46,152 bases of DNA from Deltaproteobacteria bacterium (GCA_016784945.1 JADHTP010000002.1:1-46152), one strand, 5' to 3'. Positions 9,044 to 17,228 are shown, counted from the first letter of the stretch. The notes: generated by a model from the sequence alone, not told the origin. Numbers and translations are program-made.

Positions 9044-10576
9044 TCACACGAAGCGCAGGGCTTCAACGGGCTTCAGGCGACGGATCCTGAACGCCGGAAT
9101 CAACGAACCCAGCAGGGCATAGAACATCACCAGGCCCACGGAAAAGAACAGGCCGTACCAGGTGAATTCCGTGTAGTACACGGTGTTCAACAGCACGCCG
9201 GCGGCCTCGATCTCGCCCATGCCGAAATCGATTCCAGCCGAGGCGTAGTACAAGTTGAGGATTTCGCCCAGGGCCGCCCCCACGGTGCTTGCCAACCCGG
9301 CCAGCAGGGTCATCTCCGTAATCAGGCCCGCCGTGATTCGGCCGGGCGATTCCCCCAGGGCCAGGCGAACCCCGTATTCGCGGGTCCGTTCCATGACCGA
9401 CATGGTCACCACGTTGGCCAGGATCACGCCCACGATCATAACCATGAGGGCCAGCATCACCATCATGCTCCCCTGGTCGATCTTTACGAAGATGTCCATT
9501 TCAGGGATGGTTTCACGCCAGGACAGGGCATCCAGGTCGTTCAGACCGTTCTTTTCCAGGCGGGCGTCCAGCTTCGCGGCAATGCCGTTCGCCCCGTCCA
9601 GGTCGTCCATGGCCAGTACCAGGGTGGTGGCCGCGCCCGGAACCTCGAGCCCCCGGGCCAGCTTTCCGTAGTGGGTCATTGCGAAGGTCCGGTTGATGTC
9701 CAGGCTACCGGTCTTCACCGTGCCTACGATCCGGTAGAGCGAGGCGAAGATCCGTCCCTTGGACGTTCCCGTGGTCAGGGCCACCAGGTTCCCCACTCCT
9801 ACGTCCAGCACCTTGGCCAGGCCGGACCCCAGGACCACCTCTCCGCGGAATTGTTCATCCGGGTTCGGATCCACGTCGGCCAGGAACCGGGCCGGCTCGC
9901 AGAATCCCGCGTAGCGGTCCGTGCAGTCCGCCTCGACGCACAGGTCGTCGGCCGGGTCGCATTGACCCAGGCAGGCCTTCTTTCCCGCGGACAGGCAGGC
10001 GTCACCGGCAAATCCCCCGGCCGATCCGGCGCAGATCTCGGGACACCGGGCCGTGTCGGCGTAGATTTCGCCCAGCCCCGCGCGGCACCCGCGCAGGCAA
10101 CGGTCCGCCGGGTCGTCGTCCACGAGCCCTTTTTCCAGGATGCTCACGGTGCGTTCCATGGCGGGCCGGATCCCCACCAGGAATGCCCCCTCCGAGGTCA
10201 TTTCCCGGTAGGCGTCCAGGTCGTTCTCGTCCAGGGGCGGCGGCACCTTCTTGCTGATCAGCCCGCCGGAATCGATACGGGGCGCGAACCCGACCACCCC
10301 CGGGGCGTCGGGCAGCAGCCCCAGTACCTGTTCCAGGTCCGGGGCGGGGATCACGTGCTCCAGGTCCGGCTCATCCATGAAGCCCTTGTACTGGACCTGT
10401 CCGTGGCCCACGAAGGAGTCGGTGGCGGCCTTGATCATCTGGGTGTGACTCCCGTCGCCCAGTGCCACGAACAGCACCATCATCAGCACGGCGAAGACCA
10501 TGACCAGGCCCGTGAGGATGGTGCGGCGCCGGTTACGCCACATGTCGCGCCAGCATTGACCGATGAATTGGAACAT
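9044..10576 (-). CDS. FtsX-family ABC permease paralogue with a Cys-rich periplasmic insertion
   Basis: I chose the internal ATG at 10576 (MFQFIGQCWRDMWRNRRRT) because it is preceded by AAGGGAG. The ORF track extends 14 codons further upstream. The protein has a C-terminal FtsX TM bundle. A segment with 10 Cys is encoded at about 9895-10120. Confidence 0.85.
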   Translation of the reverse strand: MFQFIGQCWRDMWRNRRRTILTGLVMVFAVLMMVLFVALGDGSHTQMIKAATDSFVGHGQVQYKGFMDEPDLEHVIPAPDLEQVLGLLPDAPGVVGFAPRIDSGGLISKKVPPPLDENDLDAYREMTSEGAFLVGIRPAMERTVSILEKGLVDDDPADRCLRGCRAGLGEIYADTARCPEICAGSAGGFAGDACLSAGKKACLGQCDPADDLCVEADCTDRYAGFCEPARFLADVDPNPDEQFRGEVVLGSGLAKVLDVGVGNLVALTTGTSKGRIFASLYRIVGTVKTGSLDINRTFAMTHYGKLARGLEVPGAATTLVLAMDDLDGANGIAAKLDARLEKNGLNDLDALSWRETIPEMDIFVKIDQGSMMVMLALMVMIVGVILANVVTMSVMERTREYGVRLALGESPGRITAGLITEMTLLAGLASTVGAALGEILNLYYASAGIDFGMGEIEAAGVLLNTVYYTEFTWYGLFFSVGLVMFYALLGSLIPAFRIRRLKPVEALRFV

Positions 10577-10625
10577 GGCGCTCTCCCTTATTCCGCCCGA
10601 AGAAACGGTCCCTGTCACCGCTTCT

Positions 10626-11387
10626 TCAGCGGGCCCTCTTCAAGGCACGGATGCTGAACCGTTTTTTGGGCAGGGAGTCCTTGAACTCCATCTTCAGCAC
10701 CCGGATCTCCGTGTACCGTCCCTTTTCCTGCAGGTTCTCCATGCGCCACACGTAGGGGTAGTTGCGCCCGTCGTCGAGCTTCCGGTAGTCGTCGAACACC
10801 ATGCGGCGGGCCAGTTTGCCTTTCTCGTCGTAGTACTCCTGCACCAGGGGGCGATAGTCGTCCTGGGCGGTTTCCACCACCAGTTTTTCCCACACCACGG
10901 GGCTGTCCGGTTTCGGGATCAGTTCGATGCGCCAGGTCTTCACCTGCCCGATCTTCGATGCCGTCAGCTTGCCTGTGTCGTAGTCCAGTTTGACGCTGCT
11001 GTTGCGGGACACGTCGTCGTTGGTGAAGTCGCTGCCCAGCCAGGAGTCCAGCATGAGGGACGGCGGGATCTTCTGGACCTGGTCGATCTTGGGATTGTAG
11101 CTCCACAGGTCCTTGCCCAGCTTCAGGGAACCCGTGCCCGCGTCTTCCGCCGGCGACGTGATGCGGGCCAGGGTCCGGTCGGGGTAGGACTCCCAGAACT
11201 TCATGCGCATGGTGCGGTCCCAGCGCTTGATGAACATCTCCATTTTACCCACGGAGGCCTGGCCCCGCATGAGTTTTTCCCAGCTGTCGATGATGGTGTC
11301 CGCCAGGCCGGGGGGCGGTTGTTCGGCCCCCGCCACCAGGGGTGTCAACAGGGCCACCGTCAGGACAAACATTGCCATGCGTTTCAT
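10626..11387 (-). CDS. LolA-like outer-membrane lipoprotein-sorting family protein (periplasmic)
   Basis: The signal peptide is MKRMAMFVLTVALLTPLVAGA. The motif DSWLGSDFTNDDV is typical of the LolA_like family as I recall it. The ATG overlaps the TetR stop (ATGA). Confidence 0.8.
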   Translation of the reverse strand: MKRMAMFVLTVALLTPLVAGAEQPPPGLADTIIDSWEKLMRGQASVGKMEMFIKRWDRTMRMKFWESYPDRTLARITSPAEDAGTGSLKLGKDLWSYNPKIDQVQKIPPSLMLDSWLGSDFTNDDVSRNSSVKLDYDTGKLTASKIGQVKTWRIELIPKPDSPVVWEKLVVETAQDDYRPLVQEYYDEKGKLARRMVFDDYRKLDDGRNYPYVWRMENLQEKGRYTEIRVLKMEFKDSLPKKRFSIRALKRAR

Positions 11388-11998
11388 TTCTTCACCTCCA
11401 GGCCACGGAAAACCATGTCGATCTGTCGATCCATGCCGGATCGCAGATCCTCTGTGGTGAGATCGTCCTCAACGGACCACATGATCGCCTGCAGTATCAG
11501 GAGACCATATATCATCATGGCGGCCTCACCCGCGTCCAGGTCGGCTCGCACCTGACCTCGCCTGGCGAACCCCTCGAAAAGGGCCTGTATCTGCATCACC
11601 GCCTCCATGTCCAGGCGAAACATGGCGTCGGTCAGCTTCCGTTCCTTGCTGAAGACGATGCTGAACATCTCGCGCCAGCGTTCCTTGTCGAACTTGTCGA
11701 ACATGGTCGACCACAGGCGCGCCATCCGCTTGATGGCCAGGACCGGATCCTCACCGGGGGATTGAACCAGCTCGTCCGCCTCTTCAAGCAGGGGCGTGAT
11801 TTCGTGGTTCATCAACTCGACCAGGAGATTCCCCTTGGAACCGAAGTAGTTGTACACCGTCCCGACGGCCACTTCGGCCTGACTGGCGATGGCCTCCAGG
11901 GAGGTGTCCGCAAAGCCCCTTTCGGTCACCAGTTCCGCCGTGACCTCCAGGATTCGGGCCTTGGTCCGTTTCGCCTTCTTTTCTCTGAGTCCCGCCAT
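11384..11998 (-). CDS. TetR/AcrR-family transcriptional regulator, the first gene of the operon
   Basis: The N-terminal HTH is ILEVTAELVTERGFADTSLEAIASQAEVAVGTVYNYFGSKGNLL. The protein is 204 aa. Confidence 0.9.
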   Translation of the reverse strand: MAGLREKKAKRTKARILEVTAELVTERGFADTSLEAIASQAEVAVGTVYNYFGSKGNLLVELMNHEITPLLEEADELVQSPGEDPVLAIKRMARLWSTMFDKFDKERWREMFSIVFSKERKLTDAMFRLDMEAVMQIQALFEGFARRGQVRADLDAGEAAMMIYGLLILQAIMWSVEDDLTTEDLRSGMDRQIDMVFRGLEVKK

Positions 11999-12038
11999 GT
12001 CCGAACCAGCCTTTGTTAAAACCTTTCAAAAATAGAAT

Positions 12039-12060
12039 CAATGTAAAAATATAAACATTG
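12039..12060. promoter_or_regulatory. Candidate TetR operator palindrome overlapping the -10 element
   Basis: The sequence is CAATGT-N10-ACATTG, with perfect 6-bp arms. Confidence 0.3.
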
Positions 12061-12074
12061 CAAAAATATGTCAA
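12046..12074 (-). promoter_or_regulatory. Candidate sigma70 promoter of the TetR/Lol-like operon
   Basis: The minus strand reads TTGACA (12074-12069), 17 nt, then TATTTT (12051-12046). It lies in the only AT-rich island of the region, about 45 nt upstream of ATG 11998. Confidence 0.45.
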
Positions 12075-12537
12075 GGGTTTTTTCTGGCGCGGAAACCACA
12101 TGGAATTCTGTAACATACGGGGATGTTTCAGGGAGTTGGACATGACTGCGTGGATTGTGAGGATCTGTACCTTTTCCATGGCGGCGGCACGGCCTGCGGC
12201 GGGACACGGTGGAAGCGGACCTGGCCTCGGGCGTGCCGGATTCAGGGCTGGGCCACAGCGGCGGCTATGCCATGGAGGCGAAGATTCCCTTCCGGCGGGT
12301 GCCAGCGAAGTCCACATCCGCGCAGCGTGCCCGCCCCTCATGTTCCCCACCTGGTGCTGGAACGGCAAGCACCGATTGCTATCGGGACCAGTAAGCAACC
12401 GACCCGGTTGCATGAGATGCGCGAAAGCGCAAGCAAGCTTGCGCACATCAAATCACGACAGTCATGCTCGGCCGCGAAGCGGCCTCTGGAGTGCGGCATC
12501 TGCCGCTTTCAGACGGGGCAAGTCAAACCCGGAGCCT

Positions 12538-12931
12538 TTACATGGGATACACGAACTTGAAGGTCGCGCCCGTGACGCCGGGGAGCCGTCCTTGGACACG
12601 CCGGTGAAGATGCCCTTGGCGTAATTGCCGTTCTTCAGCTTGAAAACGATGACCTTGCCACCGTCGATCTCCTGGCAGTCGTCGTAGCCGGCCACATCGC
12701 TGATATAGCCGGTGGCTGGTGCCGTTGTCACGGCGTCGAGGTTCGTTTCCGCCGTCTGGACCCAGTTGCCACAGAGCCCTGGCTTGCCGTTGCTCCAGGT
12801 TCCAGGATGAAGTCGCAGTTCGCGGTCAGCGGGCACTCTTCCTTGCCCGCCTCGAACATGAAGCAGTTGGTGTCCAGCCCCTCTTCCTTGAGTATCTGCG
12901 CCACGATCTTTCCGCCGGTGCTTCCCGCCAT
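12538..12931 (-). pseudogene. Small cytoplasmic-looking gene (about 131 aa if repaired) with two apparent 1-nt deletions
   Basis: ATG 12931 is preceded by GGGAGG. Frame 1 reads MAGSTGGKIVAQILKEEGLDTNCFMFEAGKEECPLTANCDFILEP. The coding-like sequence resumes in another frame near 12798 (WSNGKPGLCGNWVQTAETNLDAVTTAPATGYISDVAGYDDCQEIDGGKVIVFKLKNGNYAKGIFTGVSKDGSP). It resumes again near the G4/C4 run at 12580-12583 (GVTGATFKFVYPM, stop TAA 12538-12540). Confidence 0.4.
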
Positions 12932-12986
12932 GTTTCGCCTCCCGAATTGGCTGTCGTTCGAGGTCCCGTGGTCCGGGACCCGGATT

Positions 12987-14219
12987 CTACCAGAACTTCA
13001 ACGGTATCCTGATGCCCGCGCCCAGCACATCAGCCGCCCGGGTGTTCTTCCCGGGGATCAGCGTGGCCGTCCTGTAGGTGACATACAACTGGAACGGGGC
13101 GCCCAGGCGCAGAAAGCTGAAGGTCGCCCCGAATTCCAGGATGTTCTTGTACCCCGGGCGCCACAGTTTTTCGTGGTCCCAGTCCCAGGGCGTGTAATCC
13201 GAGGTCCAGTCCGACTGCTGCAGGTGCACGAAGGAATAGGTCACGTGCAGGCTGATGATGGGCGGCAGTTTGTGGGCCATGGCCATGTCGCCCTTGGTGA
13301 GCCAGGTGTCCCAGGCCGGGCCCTTGTAGGCCACGCCGTCAACGCGGAACGAAAACCCGGCGAAGTCCCCCGGGTCAACCCGGTAGGTGTCGCCGATGTA
13401 GGGAGCGTGGTTGAGCAGGAGCGGGTGCTTCAATCCCTTCGGTGACTGGCGTTCGTGTTCGAAGAAGACGTCATAGAACACGTCCAGGCCCAGGGTCAGC
13501 CGGCCGTCCAGTTCCCTGTCGAATTGCTTGTCGAAGGCCAGGTGAAAGGACAAGTCCCCCTGGGCGTGGAGGTCCCACAGGGTGGTGCCCACGGCGGCGA
13601 TCTCTTCCGGATCGGCGTGCTTCCCCGTGGGGATGGACCAGAAGAAGGACAGCGAAGCGCCCACGCCGGCCCTTTCGAAGGCCTTGATCCAGTCGGACCA
13701 TCGCAGGCGCCAGCCCATCACCATGTCCGCCATCACGCCCTTGTTGCCCTTCCAGACACCGGGCCGCCCCTGCCCCATTTCCTCGGCCCATTCCCAGAAG
13801 TCCTGTTCGCTGTAGGGCCGGCCCAACTGGGGCTGATGGTCCCCTCCAGTCCAACCCAGGTTGGGGTCCACCGTGGTGCTCAGGACCACCGGGATGGCGA
13901 TCCCAACGGAGAAGTTGTCCAGGATTCCGTACTGCAGTCTGGGAATGAAGAGGTTGAAATCGGCCGTGGGATAGGCCGTGATGGTGCCCTGCTTCCCGCC
14001 GCCCGGTTCGTACCGTTCCAGGGAATCCACCAGTGGGGCGGGGTTGCCGTTGTCGTCCCAGCGGCTGTCAAGCCAGGCATTCATGTAGGCGCCGTCCACC
14101 AGGAAAGCGCCCTTGGGCAGGGTCTCGGTGAAGCCCGCCGCCCTGACGGGTGACGGGAACAGGGCCAGAGCGGCCAGGATCGCGAACAGAGGTGGCCCGG
14201 TGGCGATACGACGTGTCAT
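12987..14219 (-). CDS. Outer-membrane beta-barrel protein (family not assigned)
   Basis: The signal peptide is MTRRIATGPPLFAILAALALFPSPVRAAG. The protein is aromatic- and Gly-rich with an alternating pattern, and its C terminus is IRIPLKFW. The start overlaps the upstream gene's stop (ATGA at 14216-14219). Confidence 0.7.
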   Translation of the reverse strand: MTRRIATGPPLFAILAALALFPSPVRAAGFTETLPKGAFLVDGAYMNAWLDSRWDDNGNPAPLVDSLERYEPGGGKQGTITAYPTADFNLFIPRLQYGILDNFSVGIAIPVVLSTTVDPNLGWTGGDHQPQLGRPYSEQDFWEWAEEMGQGRPGVWKGNKGVMADMVMGWRLRWSDWIKAFERAGVGASLSFFWSIPTGKHADPEEIAAVGTTLWDLHAQGDLSFHLAFDKQFDRELDGRLTLGLDVFYDVFFEHERQSPKGLKHPLLLNHAPYIGDTYRVDPGDFAGFSFRVDGVAYKGPAWDTWLTKGDMAMAHKLPPIISLHVTYSFVHLQQSDWTSDYTPWDWDHEKLWRPGYKNILEFGATFSFLRLGAPFQLYVTYRTATLIPGKNTRAADVLGAGIRIPLKFW

Positions 14220-16519
14220 CGCGCCACCTCCTTCAGGGCGCCGGCCAGGTCGAAGACCTCGAAGTCGGCATCGGTGGCCGGCACCTCGCCCATGGCCCAG
14301 TGCAGCCGCCCCGCGGCCGGCTCGAAGATGGCCGCGTTCATGGAATCGCGGGTGTCCACCAGTTCCGGGATACGCAGGATCTCGATGGCCTGCCCCACGT
14401 CGATGGTGCCCAGGCGGATCCGGATCGCTTCACCCAGGTTGTACCAGGCGCGGACCGAGCGGTAGTACATCCCCGTCCACAGGCGCTGGGGAAGGGGCGA
14501 GAATATTCCCATGAAGTCCAGGGTTTCCATGTCCTCCACGTTCTTTCGGAAATGGGACGCCATGCGCAAGTCATCGGCCCCTTCGCTGGCCCAGGGTTGC
14601 CCTGACCCGTCCAGGTTGCCCGGTTCCCCCGCGTCTGGCGTGTAATAGAAGAAACCGTCTCGCTCTTCCACAGTGTCGCCGGGCCCGCCCGACTCGTCCT
14701 GGGTGGCGGAGTCCATCTCCACGGCCGCCAGTCCCCCCTCGGCGTCGGCCAGCAGGAAGTTCCAGCCAAACGTGGTTTCCGAGCCGTGCAGGAAGGCCAG
14801 GGCCTCGTCCACGTTCGATGTCTTCAGCAGGAGTTGCCGGCCGGCGATGCCTGCGGGCAGTCCCGTGGCCAGCAGGCGCCGGTTCTCCAGGACTTTGGTC
14901 AGTCCCACCAGGTCCGTATTCTCCAGGAGCTTCAGGAGGTTCTCCGGTTCCAGTATGTCCTTCAGGATCCCGCCCACCAGGGGGCTGTCCAGGGAGTCGG
15001 ACGTGTTGACGGCGTAGGCGAGCCCCTGGTCGTTCATGCCTGAAAATCCCCACACCAGCCCGGTCCAGGTCACCAGCACGTGGGGTCTTCCCTCCGAGGT
15101 TTCCGGCACGTGCACCAGGAGGGCCGAGTGTTCGTGGACCATGTCTGAATCCAGCAGCGCGAAGTGGTGGGCCAGCAGCGGGTTCCCGCCTGGCGTGGCC
15201 GATCCGCGCACCCCGAAACTGATGGACGTGGGCTGGGTGGTGCCGTCGTCCATCCCCCGGTTGTTGACCTCCTGCAGGTGCTTTCCCTCGCCGGTGGCGG
15301 CTGCGTACCCCTGCGTGGTGAAGGTGACCTGCTCGTCACGCATGTACCGGGCGTGGAAGGGGGCCGGGCTGTAGATGGGTGACAGGTCCCCCACCTGTAG
15401 CAGCATGGAAATCGCGGAAGCCGCTTCGAAGCCTCCAGGCGGCGTGAACAGGACCTCCACCTGCCCCTGGCAATCCAGCGTATGGGGGTTGGTGTCCGGG
15501 GCCTGCCCCGGGGCCAGACCCTCGCCTTCCCAGGGGATGTGGTTCGTCAGGATGGTGCCGTCCCCGGCCTCGTACTGGACGTCTCCCACCCGGATGCGTA
15601 TGGAATCGGGGTCCACGCAACCGGGGTCCGCCATTTCGATGCAGTCGGGGATGAAACAGTCCCCACGAAGTCTCGGGTACATGCATTCCTGGGCTACCAG
15701 GTCCATGCATTCCGGGGTCAGCAGGTCCCTGTCCAGGCAAGCCTCGATCACGCATTCGCCCTTCAGGGCCGGCTCGACGCAGTCCGCCCGGACTTCCATG
15801 GAACCGATGGGCTCGATGTTCCGGGGGTCGGGACAGGCCAGGCCGCCCAGTACAGCGTCCTCGAACACGATGCGCACCGTAGCGTCCGGGGGGACCTCCA
15901 GCAGGGTGGCAAAGGGTGATGGCGACAAGCCGTCGAAGGACCCTTCACCCTCTTCATCGGTTTCGCCGTCATCGTCGTTGTCCACTTGGTCCCCATCCAT
16001 CCCGCCACTGAACCCGAAGGCCGTTACGTAGGGGGTCTGGATGTGCTTGATGAAGATGACCACGGCCCTGAAGGCCATCATGGTGTCCACGAAGGTGTTC
16101 AGAACGATGATGTCGTCCAGGTCGATCCCGGCACCGTCCGCGATGCCGCGCATCTCCCACCGGATATCCTTGGGGATGTGGTGGTCGAACAGGTTCCGCC
16201 CGCTCTCCAGCAGCATCCTCAGCGAGAACTCGTCGCTCACGTAGGCGGGGCCGTTGTATACCTTGAGTATGGGCGCGATGCTGATCTGTTCGCGATTGAG
16301 GAAGGGCAGAATGGAATTGGTCAGCAGTCGCGTGTAAAGGGACCTGATGTCCGGGCCGTACAGCTGGCCGTGCTCGTAGCCGCGATGGTAGGCGCTTCCC
16401 TCCAGGATCGCGGTGTGGGTGTAGGTGGGTTCCCGGGCCTCTTCGCAGGCCCACTGTGAAGCCAGCACGCCGATGATGACGAGCAGGATCGGGAACGTTC
16501 GGTACGGGGCGGTCTTCAT
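14216..16519 (-). CDS. Secreted C45/NTN-hydrolase-like protein with a large acidic and Cys-rich insertion
   Basis: I chose the ATG at 16519 because it is preceded by AGGAGG. The signal is MKTAPYRTFPILLVIIGVLASQWAC. Blocks recalled from the peptidase C45 / acyltransferase-like family are SAYHRGYEHGQ, EMRGIADGAGIDLDDIIVLN and WGFSGMNDQGLAYAVN. The family assignment is made by eye only. Confidence 0.55.
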   Translation of the reverse strand: MKTAPYRTFPILLVIIGVLASQWACEEAREPTYTHTAILEGSAYHRGYEHGQLYGPDIRSLYTRLLTNSILPFLNREQISIAPILKVYNGPAYVSDEFSLRMLLESGRNLFDHHIPKDIRWEMRGIADGAGIDLDDIIVLNTFVDTMMAFRAVVIFIKHIQTPYVTAFGFSGGMDGDQVDNDDDGETDEEGEGSFDGLSPSPFATLLEVPPDATVRIVFEDAVLGGLACPDPRNIEPIGSMEVRADCVEPALKGECVIEACLDRDLLTPECMDLVAQECMYPRLRGDCFIPDCIEMADPGCVDPDSIRIRVGDVQYEAGDGTILTNHIPWEGEGLAPGQAPDTNPHTLDCQGQVEVLFTPPGGFEAASAISMLLQVGDLSPIYSPAPFHARYMRDEQVTFTTQGYAAATGEGKHLQEVNNRGMDDGTTQPTSISFGVRGSATPGGNPLLAHHFALLDSDMVHEHSALLVHVPETSEGRPHVLVTWTGLVWGFSGMNDQGLAYAVNTSDSLDSPLVGGILKDILEPENLLKLLENTDLVGLTKVLENRRLLATGLPAGIAGRQLLLKTSNVDEALAFLHGSETTFGWNFLLADAEGGLAAVEMDSATQDESGGPGDTVEERDGFFYYTPDAGEPGNLDGSGQPWASEGADDLRMASHFRKNVEDMETLDFMGIFSPLPQRLWTGMYYRSVRAWYNLGEAIRIRLGTIDVGQAIEILRIPELVDTRDSMNAAIFEPAAGRLHWAMGEVPATDADFEVFDLAGALKEVAR

Positions 16520-16851
16520 CGGGCCTCCTGTTCCACGGGCATGACGGGCAGAATCACGTGAGACGGACAACTGGCGTTCCGGTGGTATCGGACCTCAGGG
16601 GCGCGCCCTGGCGGGTTTGCGAAGTGGTCGGCGTCGGCCCCGGCCAGGGCCAGGTGGATGGAGTGGCCTTTCCGGAATCGATAGGACGTGGGATACAGGT
16701 CGAACACCAGTTTCGTGACCCGATTCCGGGACAGGGGGGCGGCGTCCCGGCCCAGGTCGTCGGCGTTGATGATCAGGCGGACCGCCGGGCCTTTCCCATA
16801 CCGGTCTGCGGTGGAGCCTTCAGCGCCGGTGTTGTTCAAGTGCCCGTTCAA
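16516..16851 (-). pseudogene. C-terminal remnant of a CocE/NonD (X-Pro dipeptidyl-peptidase C-terminal domain) hydrolase
   Basis: VTKLVFDLYPTSYRFRKGHSIHLALAGADADHF resembles the end of the PepX_C domain. Only about 110 codons are open, whereas full-length genes are about 550-650 codons. There is no ATG (the reported start is TTG). The stop overlaps the next ATG (ATGA). Confidence 0.45.
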
Positions 16852-17038
16852 GGAAGGCCTCGATATCGTCGACGTACCGTTTCATGGAATGCCGGTCATG
16901 ACCCCCCCGACTGCCGGCTTCGGCGAGTTTCTTGCGGAGTTCGGGGGAATGTCGTGAACGCAACGGGAACTGACCTTGCCCAAGACCTTGCTGGGGGCAG
17001 TTGCGTTGGAGAGGAACGGGCTGACTCATTGGAATCAT
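16820..17038 (-). CDS. Possible orphan ribbon-helix-helix (CopG/Arc-like) small protein
   Basis: The 72-aa ORF contains FPLRSRHSPELRKKLAEAGSRGGHDRHSMKRYVDDIEAFLERAL, a strand-helix-helix-like pattern. It starts only 4 nt after the tRNA 3' end and has no partner toxin ORF. Confidence 0.25.
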   Translation of the reverse strand: MIPMSQPVPLQRNCPQQGLGQGQFPLRSRHSPELRKKLAEAGSRGGHDRHSMKRYVDDIEAFLERALEQHRR

Positions 17039-17041
17039 TCG

Positions 17042-17114
17042 AGCGGGATACCGGACTCGAACCGGCGACCTACAGCTTGGGAAGCTGTCACTCTACCAAC
17101 TGAGTTAATCCCGC
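17042..17114 (-). tRNA. tRNA-Gly(CCC): tRNA-Gly, anticodon CCC, with no encoded CCA
   Basis: The minus strand reads GCGGGAT-TA-ACTC-AGTTGGTA-GAGT-G-ACAGC-TTCCCAA-GCTGT-AGGTC-GCCGG-TTCGAGT-CCGGT-ATCCCGC-T. It forms a 73-nt cloverleaf with a 7/4/5/5-bp stem set, a TTCGAGT T-loop and discriminator U. Confidence 0.93.
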
Positions 17115-17134
17115 AGTATCAAAAAGCGATCGGG

Positions 17135-17163
17135 TATCTATCATCGGCCCTGCATGGTGTCAA
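17135..17163 (-). promoter_or_regulatory. Candidate tRNA-Gly promoter
   Basis: The minus strand reads TTGACA (17163-17158), a 17-nt spacer ending in TGa, then TAGATA (17140-17135). The -10 element lies about 20 nt upstream of the mature tRNA 5' end. Confidence 0.45.
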
Positions 17164-17166
17164 GGC

Positions 17167-17228
17167 GTTGTAGGGCCGACCCACCCGGGTCGCCCGAGTG
17201 GGACGGACGGGTGTCCGCCATCTACAAG
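17167..17228. repeat. REP-like palindromic element, copy B (62 bp)
   Basis: The sequence is GTTGTAGGG - CGACCC-ACCC-GGGTCG - CCCGAGT - GGGACGGACGGGTGTCCGCC - ATCTACAAG. It lies between the permease stop (17231) and the tRNA promoter. Confidence 0.75.

Noticed and set aside
8522-10657. A 711-aa plus-strand ORF overlapping both FtsX permease genes
   Set aside because: It is an antisense artefact with a His/Gly/Arg/Gln-rich, non-protein-like composition. The minus-strand genes have clear family motifs and SD sequences.
12058-12624. A 188-aa plus-strand ORF in the gene-free stretch
   Set aside because: Its translation is Arg/Gly/Ala/Cys-rich with no GC3 periodicity. It begins inside the AT-rich promoter island of the divergent operon and overlaps the end of the frameshifted minus-strand gene.
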